Under the pieces are notes generated by a model. That model saw only the letters and a list, made by a program, of their open reading frames with translations. It was not told the DNA's origin and searched no databases. The translations under genes were made by a program, and so were the position numbers. Of a stretch of DNA of 45,656 nt, positions 1 to 11,352 are shown piece by piece. Origin of the DNA: Kofleriaceae bacterium (GTDB lineage: Bacteria > Myxococcota_A > Polyangia > Haliangiales > Haliangiaceae); assembly GCA_046597055.1 (NCBI GenBank), contig JBKJLC010000184.1:1-45656 (forward strand), read 5' to 3'. Positions within the stretch are counted from its first letter, which is position 1. Every line of letters starts with the position of its first letter.

Positions 1-129
1 TCACGATGCCCATCGATCAGGCGGCCTTGGTGTCCATCAACAGGGCCGCTCGGTAACAGGAGAGGCCAGAGTTTTAGATGGAGCAGTCGATCGTGTCCGT
101 TGTCAGAAGAATTCGGCTACCGTGCCGCA

Positions 130-1218
130 ATGAGGCATGCATGGGGTTGGCTGGTAGCCGTCACGACCGGATGCGGGGCGGTCAATAATTCACCTGATGC
201 GGGTGCTCTGGCCGATGCCGCAGATGCTCCCACCGATGCTTCGACCGATTCGCGGACGGGACCTAGCCTCGGTGTGTTCACCATCGACACAGTAGGCCTC
301 AACACGCCGCGGATGCAGTTTGCGCTGCAGCCGATTTTGTCGAAGGTTTACGTAATCGGGGGGCGCACGAGTGCGAACGCCGCCGTTGACTCGGTTGAAA
401 TGTCGACCGTCAGCGCCAGCGGGTTCGGCACGTTCGAGACGCTGACGCAGAAACTCGTACATCCGCGTGCCGGTGCCCTCTCGTTCGTGCTCTCGACAAC
501 AGCGGGCACGTATCTCTGGGTCATCGGGGGCTCGGATGCTTCCGGCAATCCGGTCACGCAGATCGAGCGCGCACCGATTGGGGGCACGGGCGAGATCGGT
601 GGTTTCTCAGTGGTCGTCACCGACGGCAACGAGAGCCGGCGGATCGGTGCTACGTTTACTAGCGCCGGCAACCCTCATGTGATCGGCGGTGCCGTAGCTG
701 GCGCGATGCGCGCCAACGTCGCTCGCACGACCGTTACAGGGGACACGATGGCCCCTTTCACACCGCTGGGGGCGACACCGGCGCTCGCTACCGCGCGGCA
801 CTACGCGACGAGCGCGGAGAGTGTTACTGCGATGCGCGCGTACATCATTGGAGGGCAAGATCTCGCAGGCGCGGCGACACACAAGACTGATCTTGTATCG
901 TTCTCGAATGGCGGCATCGGCAGCATCGTCGCGGGACCAGATCTCTCGATTGCACGCACCGGGGCAATGAGCGTTGTTGCTGGTGATCGTGTTTGGGTCA
1001 TGGGAGGCGGAACCGGCAGCGCGTCGCTCGATTCGATCGAATGGATCGACGTAGACGACGACACCTTTGCGACCGATCCCGCAACACTGTCCGTTGCACG
1101 CGCCTTCGGTGCACCGTACAGGTTCGGGTCGACCGTATGTCTCGTGGGCGGCACGGCGAACGGCGTCGCGTCAGGCGTTACGGGCAGCATCACATGCGCG
1201 CCGATCATCGCGCCGTGA
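130..1218 (+). CDS. Kelch-repeat (beta-propeller) lipoprotein
   Basis: Repeated 'R...VYVIGG / LWVIGG / AYIIGG / VWVMGG / CLVGG' Kelch motifs; N-terminal MRHAWGWLVAVTTG-C lipobox-like signal if started at ATG 130 (ORF track starts at TTG 100). Confidence 0.8.
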   Translation: MRHAWGWLVAVTTGCGAVNNSPDAGALADAADAPTDASTDSRTGPSLGVFTIDTVGLNTPRMQFALQPILSKVYVIGGRTSANAAVDSVEMSTVSASGFGTFETLTQKLVHPRAGALSFVLSTTAGTYLWVIGGSDASGNPVTQIERAPIGGTGEIGGFSVVVTDGNESRRIGATFTSAGNPHVIGGAVAGAMRANVARTTVTGDTMAPFTPLGATPALATARHYATSAESVTAMRAYIIGGQDLAGAATHKTDLVSFSNGGIGSIVAGPDLSIARTGAMSVVAGDRVWVMGGGTGSASLDSIEWIDVDDDTFATDPATLSVARAFGAPYRFGSTVCLVGGTANGVASGVTGSITCAPIIAP

Positions 1219-1595
1219 AGCGCGGCGCGGGGATACGAGCAGAGCGTCGCGCACACCTCAACTTCGACGAGCTTGCGAGCGGGTGTGTCGCGAAATCGGT
1301 GGGGGACGCCGGGTATGACGCGCGCGGCGACACGCTTCGGCCGGGCTGACCCCCGAAGGGCACTGCCGGTTTCCGTTTCTGTCTGAACCGGCGCGCGCTC
1401 GTCCCGACGAGCGCGCCGACGAGCCAAGCAACGAGCGCGAGATGGAGGCGTCGCGTAGTTCGTGGCAGCCATCCTGGCAGCAAGCACCCAGCGAACGATG
1501 CTAACTATGCGACATTCCACGCTGGCAGAAAGAACTGCCTGTAACTCGAGTCTCCGGAACGAAGCGCATGGGGATGGATCGGCGTCGTGGTGTGG

Positions 1596-1980
1596 TCAAT
1601 AGCCCTCGGTCGAGGGACGAGCGACCAGCGCCATCACCCGCGCCCGCAGGGTCGCCGGCTTCCACGGCTTGCCGACCACCTCGTCGACCTGGCCGTCGCG
1701 CAACGCCTCCGCCACCACCGCGTCATCATAGCCGGTCACCAGCACCAGTCGGACCGACGGCCAGCGCGCGCGCACGACCCGGGCCAGCTCGGTGCCCAGC
1801 TCGCCGACCAGGGCCTGGTCGGTCAGCACGGCGTCGAAGCGTCCGCCCTCCAGCACCGCCAGCGCCTCTGCCACGGTGGACGCGGCGACCACCTCGCAGT
1901 CGCGCGCGAACGTGCGGATCATGAGGTCGCGGTTGTACACCTCGTCGTCGACCACCAAGACCCGGACCCGGGCCGGGCCA

Positions 1981-1988
<8 letters not shown>
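1596..1988 (-). CDS. Single-domain response regulator (CheY-like receiver)
   Basis: VLVVDDE acidic pocket, VLTD phospho-acceptor, VTG and KPW motifs; ATG 1988 overlaps the stop of the upstream kinase. Confidence 0.9.
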
Positions 1989-3282
<1,294 letters not shown>

Positions 3283-3295
3283 TAGGCTCGGGGCA

Positions 3296-3814
3296 TCAGG
3301 ACTCGGCCAGGAACGACAGGTACCGCTCGGGCAGATCGTCGAACTCCATCGCGGCGCCACACTGCGAGCAGGTGAAGCTCGGCAGTCCGACCGTGGTCTG
3401 GCCCTGGCTGGCGACGTCGATCAGCTTCTCCTCCTCGAGCCCGCACGTCTCGCACACGTACGGCGCGTAGAACGAGCGGATCTTGGCCGGCCCGCGGAAG
3501 TTGTGGATCATGTTGAGCTGCGTGACGATCGCAGGCGAGCAGTGACTGAAGCTGAGGTCGGTGACCTGGGGCAGGTCGCGCACAAAATTGACCCACTCGC
3601 GGACACCGCAGCTGTTGATGCGGCGAACCTCGGCCAGCTGGAACGCGACCTCGCCACGCAGCTTGCGGCGCAGCTCGACGAAGTCGGCGTGCTCGTCGAT
3701 CTCGCCGACGAACTCGACCGTGGTCAGCCCGGGGCGATCACGGATGCGCCACGAGAGCGCGACCGGCTCGATCCCCCGGCTCTCCCCACCGTTCATCATG
3801 GCCGCTCCGGTCAC
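3296..3814 (-). CDS. STAS-like (anti-sigma antagonist-like) protein with C-terminal zinc ribbon
   Basis: GEIDE...[12 protein letters not shown] resembles the STAS 'G-x-D...(Y/F)IDSSG' pattern; CETC and CSQC pairs; GTGA overlap with upstream gene; paralog at 10265-11215. Confidence 0.75.
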   Translation of the reverse strand: MTGAAMMNGGESRGIEPVALSWRIRDRPGLTTVEFVGEIDEHADFVELRRKLRGEVAFQLAEVRRINSCGVREWVNFVRDLPQVTDLSFSHCSPAIVTQLNMIHNFRGPAKIRSFYAPYVCETCGLEEEKLIDVASQGQTTVGLPSFTCSQCGAAMEFDDLPERYLSFLAES

Positions 3815-4737
3815 TCCATCCGCGCCGGCGGGCGCTCGAAGTGCTGGCGCACACCAGTCAGCGCCGTGTCATCGAGCGTCTCGGGCTCGACCAGCACGTC
3901 CTTGGCATCGAACCGCACCGGATCGGGCGCGGCGAACACGCCCCGCTTGATGACCTTGCCCATGCGGCCGGCCAGGCCCTGGTAGCTCGCCTTCGACGGC
4001 GAGGTCCAGCCCGAGATCGCTCCGCCGCCGCCGAACCCGGTGACCGCGGCACCGACCTTGGTTGTCACGCTGTCGGGCACCTTGCCGTTGAGCTGCACGA
4101 ACGCCGGGTTGGGGACCGCGCCGGTGTCGAACACCTTGGCCAGCCCCTTCTGCGAGCCGACCGGCGCGAACACGCCCTGGGCGCTCTTGTACGACGCGAC
4201 CTCGGCGACCGCGGCGGTCAGGTCGGGCTTGGCGACCCGGGCCGAGAAGAACGCGGGGTCGACCTCGGACTCGAGCATCGCGTTGTCGATGAACGCGTTG
4301 TCGTTGCAGCCGGTCTGGACGTACGCGAGCTTCTTGCCCTTGAGCGCCTGCATGTCGCCGCCGGCGCCCGAGTACAGGGCCCAGCCGCGGCTGGTGCTGC
4401 CGCCGATGGTCGCGTTGGCCAGCAGCTCCCAGCCCATGTTGGCCGCGTAGCACTGCCCCTCGACGATCGCGAAGTCGACGCCCGAGCCCTTCAGCTGCGA
4501 GAACGCCGCGAACGACTTCGCCTCGGTCTTGATGCCGGTCTGGGCCTCGATCGCTCTGGCCAGGCCCTGCGCGTACTGGAGGCGAGCCTGGGCGGTGCCG
4601 AACTCGACGCTAGGCGCGTAGATGCCGACCGTGAGCTTGGCCGGGCCCGCCGGCTGAGCGTCACCGGTCTGCACCCAGACGAGAGCGGCCGCGGCGACGA
4701 CGGCAGCGGTCGGGACGGCGATGGTCAGTTTGCGCAT
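3811..4737 (-). CDS. Secreted solute-binding protein, PhnD/SsuA-like fold
   Basis: Signal peptide, GGAGG RBS; '[14 protein letters not shown]...VDFAIV', '[10 protein letters not shown]' and 'VPNPAFV' match the type II periplasmic binding-protein pattern. Confidence 0.65.
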   Translation of the reverse strand: MRKLTIAVPTAAVVAAAALVWVQTGDAQPAGPAKLTVGIYAPSVEFGTAQARLQYAQGLARAIEAQTGIKTEAKSFAAFSQLKGSGVDFAIVEGQCYAANMGWELLANATIGGSTSRGWALYSGAGGDMQALKGKKLAYVQTGCNDNAFIDNAMLESEVDPAFFSARVAKPDLTAAVAEVASYKSAQGVFAPVGSQKGLAKVFDTGAVPNPAFVQLNGKVPDSVTTKVGAAVTGFGGGGAISGWTSPSKASYQGLAGRMGKVIKRGVFAAPDPVRFDAKDVLVEPETLDDTALTGVRQHFERPPARME

Positions 4738-4809
4738 ATGTACCTCCGGGTCCCTGTGAGCGGCTGCGAACGGATCGAGTGCAGCGAGCGCAGAACTTGG
4801 TGGTGCTTC

Positions 4810-7389
4810 CTAGTAGCCATAGATCCGCTTCTTCGCGTCGATCCACTTCTGGAGGTCCTTCACCTGGACGCCCTTGCCGCGCGCGCGCTGCCAGGCGTCG
4901 TAGGCGTCCTTGGGCCGCCCCAGCTGCTCGTAGACGATGCCGAGGTTGACGTACGCCTCGGCCGGCGTGCCGCCGAGGTCCTCGAGCACGTTGACCTTGC
5001 CCTTGTCCAGATCGAGCGCGGCGCGGTTGTTGACGAGCCGGCGGCGGATGTCGTCGTTGGCGTACTTGGCGGAGTTGTCGATCGTCTTGAGGGCCTGGCC
5101 GGTGCGACCGCCGCGCCAGTGATCGTAGGCGACGAACTCCCACGACGAGGCGATGAGATCCTTCACCTTCACCGCGAACCCGCCGGTGGCGCCGCCCTGC
5201 AGCGCGGTGAACTCGCCAGCCGCCTTCTGGCGCGACGCCGGGTTGTTCGACCGGTACTCGGCGTAGGCGCCGAAGAACTGGCTACCGACCTTGTTGTACG
5301 GCGGCCGCAGGTAGGCGCCCTGGTTGCCCTTCTGGGCCAGGTTCTTGAAGATCCGGCCGGCCTCGTTGTTGTCGCCCTTGTCGAGCAGCGCCAGGGCGTA
5401 GCTGAACTCGAACGCCGGCGGCTCAGTGCCGCGCAGCAGCGCCGGCTCGCGGGTCGCGCGCTCGAAGTCGGCGGCGGCCTCGGTCGCCTTGCCGGCCTTG
5501 ATCGAGCGCCAGCCGCGGCGGAACAGCGCCAGCGCCAGGTTGCGCTTCGCGGCCTGCCCGACCTCGGGCACCTGGGCCGAGAACTGGACCGCCGCCGCCA
5601 GCTTCTCGACCGCGTCGTCGAGGTTGCTGTCGAGCATGAGCGGCGCCCACTCGGTGTAGATCTCGGCGGACAGCAGGTTTGCCTGGAGCTTGCGCGCCTC
5701 CTTGTCGGCCTCGACGAAGTGGCCGGCCGCCTTTGCGCGATCCGGCTTCTTCACGCACAGGAACGTGCGGCCCATCAGTCGCTCGTAGACGAGCGCGTAG
5801 CCGCGGCGGTTGCCCTTGAGCTTGTCGAGCTGGCGCTGGGCGCCCTCACAGTCGTTCTTCTCGATCGACAGGACCGCCATGTTGAGCGCGGTCATCGGCG
5901 CGCGAGCGTCGACCCCGGCCGCTTCCTCCAGGAACGCCTGGGCGGTCTTGGGGTCGTTCTTGTCCAGCGCGGTCCCCGCCTGGGCATTGATGGTCTCGAC
6001 CAGGCCGCGGCGGACCTGGACATCCTTGGGGCGCAGCGCCACCGCGGACTCGAAGCGCGCCCGCGCCACCGTCAGCTTGCCCTGGTTGTAGAGCGCCTTC
6101 GCGGAGACCAGGTACAGCCCCACCGCTTCCTCGGGCGACGCGGTCGCGAAGTCCTTCCGGGCCACCTGCTGGTCGGCGACGATCAGCGCGTCCTTGTCGC
6201 GGCGCGCGGCCAGGTAGGCGCTGCCGAGCTCGATCGCGAGCTCGCGGCTATCGGGGGTCGCCTTGTTGCCGTCCTCGAGCTTCTGGATCGCGGTCGCAAG
6301 GTTCGGGTTCTGCCCGGTCCCCGAGAACGGCAGGCGGCGATAGGTGCGCCCCATCTGGATCGAGAGGTTCGCCTTTTCCTTGCCCTGGTTCGGGCGGAGC
6401 ACCTTGTCGGCGCGCAGATAGTTGTCGAGCGCCTGCTGCCACTCCTTCTCCTGGAAGTACGTATCGCCGATGAGGATGAAGGCGCGCGCCTCGTTGGGCT
6501 TCTTCTCGCGATAGCGAGCGGCGGCCTCGCGCGCCTTCGACGGCAGCTTCTTGGCGAGGTACGCGATCCCGAGGTTGAACCAGACCGAGCCGTTGGCGTC
6601 GACCCGGGTCGCGTCGCGGCTCACGCGCTCGCACACCGCGATCGCCTGATCGAACTTGCCGAGGCCGGTGTAGCCGGCGCACAGGCCGTTGTCGGCGTTC
6701 GCCGAGGCCCGGCCGATCTTGCCGAACTTGCGCTGCAGCACCTCGAACTTGCCGATCGCCTTCTCGTAGTCGGCGACCGCGTCCGCGCGCTTGCCGTCGC
6801 GCAGCCCGCCGCGGGCCCGGGTCAGGTAGGACAGCCCGACCCGGATCAGCGGATCGAGATCGTTCTTCTCGAACTCGACCGGGCGGTCGCGCAGGTACGC
6901 CTCGTAGGCGTTGATCGTCTTGCCCGGGTCGCGGTTCGCGTAGAACTCGCCGATCAGGTTCTGGTTCAGGTACGCCCCCGGCTTGCGGACGACCACCTTC
7001 TCCGACAGCTCGACGGCGCCCGGCTTGTCGCCGGTCGCCCACAGGATCAGCGCCTCCTTCTCGAGCACCTCGGGAGCCTCGGGGTGCTGCGCCTTGGCGA
7101 CCTTCCGGATGAACTCGAGGCCGCCCTTGTAGTCCTTCTCGATGAAGTAGATGTCGGCCCGCTTGCCGTAGGCCTCGGCCGACACCTGACCGGGGGCCTG
7201 GCGGATGGCGCGATCGTAGGCGGCCGCCGCCTTGCGTAGGTTGCCGTCCTCGAAATAGCGATCACCCTCGCGCAGGTCGTCGGTAGGATCGGCGATGGCG
7301 GTGCCGAGCAACGCCGCAGTCACCAACCCCAGCGCGGCCAGCGCGCGCGAGATGCCTCGCGAGTTCGTACGAGCCGTGGATGCGAGCAC
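4810..7389 (-). CDS. Secreted/periplasmic tetratricopeptide-repeat protein
   Basis: AGGAGG RBS before GTG 7389; hydrophobic signal ending AIA; many TPR motifs (AEAYVNLGIVYEQLG, SVWFNLGIAY, AFILIGDTYF). Confidence 0.85.
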   Translation of the reverse strand: MLASTARTNSRGISRALAALGLVTAALLGTAIADPTDDLREGDRYFEDGNLRKAAAAYDRAIRQAPGQVSAEAYGKRADIYFIEKDYKGGLEFIRKVAKAQHPEAPEVLEKEALILWATGDKPGAVELSEKVVVRKPGAYLNQNLIGEFYANRDPGKTINAYEAYLRDRPVEFEKNDLDPLIRVGLSYLTRARGGLRDGKRADAVADYEKAIGKFEVLQRKFGKIGRASANADNGLCAGYTGLGKFDQAIAVCERVSRDATRVDANGSVWFNLGIAYLAKKLPSKAREAAARYREKKPNEARAFILIGDTYFQEKEWQQALDNYLRADKVLRPNQGKEKANLSIQMGRTYRRLPFSGTGQNPNLATAIQKLEDGNKATPDSRELAIELGSAYLAARRDKDALIVADQQVARKDFATASPEEAVGLYLVSAKALYNQGKLTVARARFESAVALRPKDVQVRRGLVETINAQAGTALDKNDPKTAQAFLEEAAGVDARAPMTALNMAVLSIEKNDCEGAQRQLDKLKGNRRGYALVYERLMGRTFLCVKKPDRAKAAGHFVEADKEARKLQANLLSAEIYTEWAPLMLDSNLDDAVEKLAAAVQFSAQVPEVGQAAKRNLALALFRRGWRSIKAGKATEAAADFERATREPALLRGTEPPAFEFSYALALLDKGDNNEAGRIFKNLAQKGNQGAYLRPPYNKVGSQFFGAYAEYRSNNPASRQKAAGEFTALQGGATGGFAVKVKDLIASSWEFVAYDHWRGGRTGQALKTIDNSAKYANDDIRRRLVNNRAALDLDKGKVNVLEDLGGTPAEAYVNLGIVYEQLGRPKDAYDAWQRARGKGVQVKDLQKWIDAKKRIYGY

Positions 7390-7507
7390 GGGTCCTCCTC
7401 TTCTCGTCCGCGATCGGACGATGGTCCCTCGACCAGCAACGGTGTTCAAACGTAGCGCGACCCGGCCGACCGCGCCCCTCGCGCGTGCGGCCGAGCAAGT
7501 GTGAGTC

Positions 7508-9193
7508 TCAGAGAATTCTGCCGATGACGAGCGTGATGTCGTCCTTGCGAGGTGTCTCGCCGAAGAAATTCGCGGCGTCGGTCACCACCGCGTCGCGGAT
7601 CTCGCCGGGATCGAGCGCCGCGGCGCGTCGGACCGAGGCGCGGAACCGCTTCTCGCCGTACTCCTCGCCGTTGCTGCTCTCACATTCGACGATTCCGTCG
7701 GTGTAGAACACGAGGATGTCGCCGGGCAGAAGATCGGTGGACTTGATCTCGTACTTCGACTCCTTGATGTCTCCGAGGCGGTTGCCGCGGATCATCAGGG
7801 AGCCAAACTCGCCCTGACCTTCGGTGCTCCGGTACAGGTACGGGAAGTTGTGGCCGGCGTTGGCGTACGTGATCGTGCGCTTCTTGATGTCGATCACCGC
7901 CGCGAAGCAGGTCATCACAAACTTGCGCTTGGCGCTGTGGTAGATCGCGCCGTTCATGATCTCGAGCAGCTTGGCCGGATCGATGAGATCGTTGTTGACC
8001 GACAGCGCGACGTCGCAGGCGGCCTTGGCGGCCGCGGTGATCATCGCCGACGGCACGCCGTGGCCGGTGACGTCGCCGATCACCAGCAGGACCTTGTCGC
8101 CCACCATGTCGTGCCAGGTCCACCAGTCGCCGCCGCACTGCGACGCCGGCTGGAAGTAGCCGGCGAACCGGAACGACTCGCGGTCGACCGGGTCGTGGGT
8201 CGGGACCAGGGTCTCCTGGATCGTCTTGGCGACCTCGAGCTCCTTCTCCATCGTCGCCTTCTCGGCGGTCTGCTGGAGGAGCACGACCAGCTGGTCGGCC
8301 ATGAAGTTGAAGTTCTCGCCGAGCACGCCGATCTCGTCGGTCGACTTGACCTCGACGCGGGCGTTGAGATCGCCGCGGGCGATCTGGTCGGCCTTCCACG
8401 ACAGCAGCTTGATCGGCTTCGAGATCTGCACGCCCTGGAAGATCGCGAGCAGCGTGCCGATCAGCACGAACAGCGCGCCAACCGCGCCGGTCTTGACCGC
8501 GGCCTTGCGCGACTCGGCTTCCTTGTTCTTGGCGCTCTCGGCCGCGAACTCGTCGATCCGCGACAGATCGTAGGCGAAGGCGACGTAGCCCTGGCGGCTG
8601 TCACCGGGATCCTCGGCGGCGGCGGCGGCGGCGGTCGGATCAGCGGTGCCGCTGAACACCGGATAGCCGAAAACCTGCAGCTTGCCGTCCTCGCCGGTGA
8701 GCTCGATCGACACGCGCGGATCGGCGTCGTTCTTTCCGGCGCGCGCCACCCACGTCTCCATGATCTTCTTCCACGAGTCATGCTTCACGGGGACGTGCAT
8801 CTCGGCCGGGTAGTCGGCGCGGTCGCACTTGTCGTCCTTGCGCTTGCAGTACGAGATGAGGTTCTTGTCGCGCCCCAGCACGTAGACCAGCTTCAGCGTC
8901 GGGTCTTGCTTGAGCGCCTTCTCGACGAGCTGCTGGATCTCGGCATCCTGGTTGTTGATCAGGAGCGGCACCAGCGCGGACGCGAACACCTGCGTGTTCG
9001 CTTCGCCCTTGCTCTCGAGCTGCTGGCGGAACACCTCGGTCTTTTCGCCAGCGGACTTGTCGTACGCCTCACGAATGTTGCAGGTGTTCAGCGCTCCGAA
9101 GCCCACGACGGTCATGAGGATCAGGAACGTCGTGGTCAAGATCATCTTGACCGACAGGCTCAGTCCGGCGCGCTTTGCCATTGGCGTTGCCAT
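7508..9193 (-). CDS. Membrane-bound HAMP + SpoIIE/RsbU-type PP2C phosphatase
   Basis: Two TM helices around a periplasmic domain, HAMP (KPIKLL...[13 protein letters not shown]), PP2C motifs GGDW, GDVTGHG, NAGH, YTDGIVE, DDIT. Confidence 0.93.
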   Translation of the reverse strand: MATPMAKRAGLSLSVKMILTTTFLILMTVVGFGALNTCNIREAYDKSAGEKTEVFRQQLESKGEANTQVFASALVPLLINNQDAEIQQLVEKALKQDPTLKLVYVLGRDKNLISYCKRKDDKCDRADYPAEMHVPVKHDSWKKIMETWVARAGKNDADPRVSIELTGEDGKLQVFGYPVFSGTADPTAAAAAAEDPGDSRQGYVAFAYDLSRIDEFAAESAKNKEAESRKAAVKTGAVGALFVLIGTLLAIFQGVQISKPIKLLSWKADQIARGDLNARVEVKSTDEIGVLGENFNFMADQLVVLLQQTAEKATMEKELEVAKTIQETLVPTHDPVDRESFRFAGYFQPASQCGGDWWTWHDMVGDKVLLVIGDVTGHGVPSAMITAAAKAACDVALSVNNDLIDPAKLLEIMNGAIYHSAKRKFVMTCFAAVIDIKKRTITYANAGHNFPYLYRSTEGQGEFGSLMIRGNRLGDIKESKYEIKSTDLLPGDILVFYTDGIVECESSNGEEYGEKRFRASVRRAAALDPGEIRDAVVTDAANFFGETPRKDDITLVIGRIL

Positions 9194-9423
9194 GTTACGG
9201 CGGCGTTGCGGAACGGGTCAATCAACCGGGTCGTCTTGGTTCAGCGACTACATTCTCACTGCAAAGTTTCAGTAGAACCGGTCGCAACGCGCGCCATGTG
9301 GGGCACCCGCCTACGCGTGCTTATCGAAGTGCGCGGGCAGAACCTGCGGCATCTCCCGAGGCAACGGGGACCTGCCGCGCGGGGACAGGCGAGGTCCGGC
9401 GCCGTCTGTTACGATCGCGCGCG

Positions 9424-9981
9424 ATGGAAGGCCAAGCCGCGCTCACCCAGTTCCTCACCGAGTTCAAGCGGGTGGCCAACGCGATCGTCGACAGCTACTT
9501 CATCGTCGACACCGACCGGCGCATCGTCGACTTCAACCGCGCCTTCTTCGCGATGCTGCCGCGCCAGGTCGCGCGCGGCCTCAAGGGTAAGCGTTGCTTC
9601 GAGGTGGTCGAGCACAACATCTGCCGCACCGAGTGCATCGCGATGCAGTGCTGGAACGACAACCGCCACGTCCGCCTCGACGAGATCAGCAGCAAGGTGC
9701 TCGGCGAGCCCGACGCCAAGGAGCTGCGCTTCATCTTGTCGGCGGTGCCGATCACCGACGAGGCCGGCGTCCACGTCGGCGCGCTCGAGATCCAGCGCAA
9801 CGTCACCGACGAGGCCGTGGTCCAGATCAAGTACCAGGAGATGCTCGAGACCGAGGCCCGCGAGCGCGAGCGCCTCGCCAACCAGATTCGCGCGCGCACC
9901 AAGGAGCTCCTCGAGACCAACCAGCTCCTGCTCAAGACGCAGAAAGAGCTGCTCTCGTACAAGAAGGGCCTCTCGGCGTAG
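9424..9981 (+). CDS. Stand-alone PAS domain + coiled-coil protein
   Basis: PAS pattern ([21 protein letters not shown]...EIQRNVT) followed by heptad-rich helix; colinear similarity to the N-half of the kinase at 1981-3282; ATG 9424. Confidence 0.85.
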   Translation: MEGQAALTQFLTEFKRVANAIVDSYFIVDTDRRIVDFNRAFFAMLPRQVARGLKGKRCFEVVEHNICRTECIAMQCWNDNRHVRLDEISSKVLGEPDAKELRFILSAVPITDEAGVHVGALEIQRNVTDEAVVQIKYQEMLETEARERERLANQIRARTKELLETNQLLLKTQKELLSYKKGLSA

Positions 9982-10211
9982 CGCTGCGCGCGACGCCGAG
10001 AGATCCGCGCACCCTGAGCCAGGCCGAGCCCCGCGAGGCCGCCGCCGAAGGCTCGGCGTAGCGCTGCGCGCGACGCCAAAACCGCGCGGCCCGCCCTCTT
10101 CCGTTCGTCCTGAGCCCGAGCGAGCGAAAGCGAGCTCGGTGTCGAAGGACGCCGTGCCTCCGATTGGAGGGCGCCCTTCGACACGCGCCCCCTTCGGGTG
10201 CGCGGATCAGG
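9972..10211. repeat. REP-like palindrome cluster with 26-bp direct repeat
   Basis: CCTGAGC..hairpin..(G)TCGAAGG units at ~10013-10051 and 10106-10151, inverted unit at ~10174-10211; CTCGGCGTAGCGCTGCGCGCGACGCC at 9972-9997 and 10052-10077; lies between convergent genes. Confidence 0.75.
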
Positions 10212-10264
10212 CCCGACCCCGCCCCGCCAGAATCTGGAGGGCCCGCGCGGGCCCCGCCCGCGGC

Positions 10265-11215
10265 CTACTTGCTCGAGAAGAGCAGGAAGCCGAGGACGGC
10301 GATGGCGGCGAGCAGGACGGCGACCAGCACGTAGATGATCGCGCTCGACTTGGGCTGCACGATGGCCGGCCGCTCGCCGACCACCGCGGACCCGAAGCCC
10401 GGTGAGCCGGGATTGCTGCCGGGGTTGGTGCCGGGGACGTTGAAGCCGGGACGGCTGCCCGGGTTGGTCCCCGCGAACGAGCCGACCGGCCGCATGCCCG
10501 GATGGGTCGTCGTGGTCACCGGCGTCATCGACGGCCGGCTGCCCGGCCTGGTGATCATCGGCGCGCTCCCCGGCCGCGAGATCGACGGCAGCGACGGCAC
10601 GCTCGGCAGCGACGACACCGACGATGCCGACAGGCTGGCGGTGCCGGTGCGCGAGCGGATCTTCGACTTCTCACCCTGGTCGCTGGTCGCGAACTCCTTG
10701 ATGACGCCGTTGATCTTCTCGGGCTCCGCGATCTTCTTCTGGTTGGAGAGGAACGCGAAGTACGAGTCGGCCATGTCGTCGAAGTCCATGACGAGATCGC
10801 ACTCGTCACAGCGACAGGTGGGCGGCTCGTGCGGGGGCGGACCCATGTCCGACGCCTCGACCAGCAACACCTTCTCTTCGTCGCACTCGGGACAGAAGTA
10901 CGGGACGTAGAAGCTCTTGACGACTCCGTTCCCGGTGAAGTTATTGACGAGGTTGATCTGCGCCACGATCGCGGGCGAGCACTCGACGAGGACCGACCGC
11001 GTCGACTGGCCTTCGAGCTTGCCGAGCCAGTTGACCCAGTCGCGCACCCCGCACGAGTTGATGCGCTCGATCTCGCCGAGGTCGATCACCGCCGTTCCCG
11101 ACGGGATCTTGTCCGTCAGGGTCGTCAGCTCATTGTCTTCGTCGATGACGCCGCTCAGCTTGACGTAGCTGACGTCGTCCCGGTGGTGCACCGACGCCTG
11201 GAACTTCTGGCTCAT
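10265..11215 (-). CDS. STAS-like/zinc-ribbon protein with low-complexity linker and C-terminal membrane anchor
   Basis: GVIDED...[16 protein letters not shown] and CDEC pairs, S/P/G-rich linker, terminal hydrophobic helix [21 protein letters not shown]. Confidence 0.8.
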   Translation of the reverse strand: MSQKFQASVHHRDDVSYVKLSGVIDEDNELTTLTDKIPSGTAVIDLGEIERINSCGVRDWVNWLGKLEGQSTRSVLVECSPAIVAQINLVNNFTGNGVVKSFYVPYFCPECDEEKVLLVEASDMGPPPHEPPTCRCDECDLVMDFDDMADSYFAFLSNQKKIAEPEKINGVIKEFATSDQGEKSKIRSRTGTASLSASSVSSLPSVPSLPSISRPGSAPMITRPGSRPSMTPVTTTTHPGMRPVGSFAGTNPGSRPGFNVPGTNPGSNPGSPGFGSAVVGERPAIVQPKSSAIIYVLVAVLLAAIAVLGFLLFSSK

Positions 11216-11352
11216 TGCGTCTCCCGCTGGACGTAATCCGTGTAGTGGCGATTACGAACGTACCCGAGTACTCCCAACTGCGAAAGCATATCCCGTTCGC
11301 CGACACCAATCCAGTTGCCACGGGGCATCTCTTGCCTCCACGGCCTGCCCGT

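Noticed and set aside
1..56. Possible 3' end of an upstream plus-strand gene (…MPIDQAALVSINRAAR*)
   Set aside because: Too short to support a call.
1299..1320. VGDAGYD peptide resembling an IS4/IS5 transposase motif
   Set aside because: Too short; no other DDE motifs or inverted repeats around it.
3841..7239. 1132-aa plus-strand ORF and similar long ORFs (7850-10405, 11402-15292, 12295-15414, 24181-27915, 36320-38362, 36768-38870)
   Set aside because: Antisense or off-frame shadows of real genes, caused by stop-codon scarcity at high GC; Arg/Gly/Ala-rich with no motifs.
11305..11320. Sigma54-like promoter TGGCAAC-N4-TTGGT upstream of the second STAS gene
   Set aside because: The -12 element reads GG instead of the near-invariant GC, and no enhancer-binding protein is in the window.
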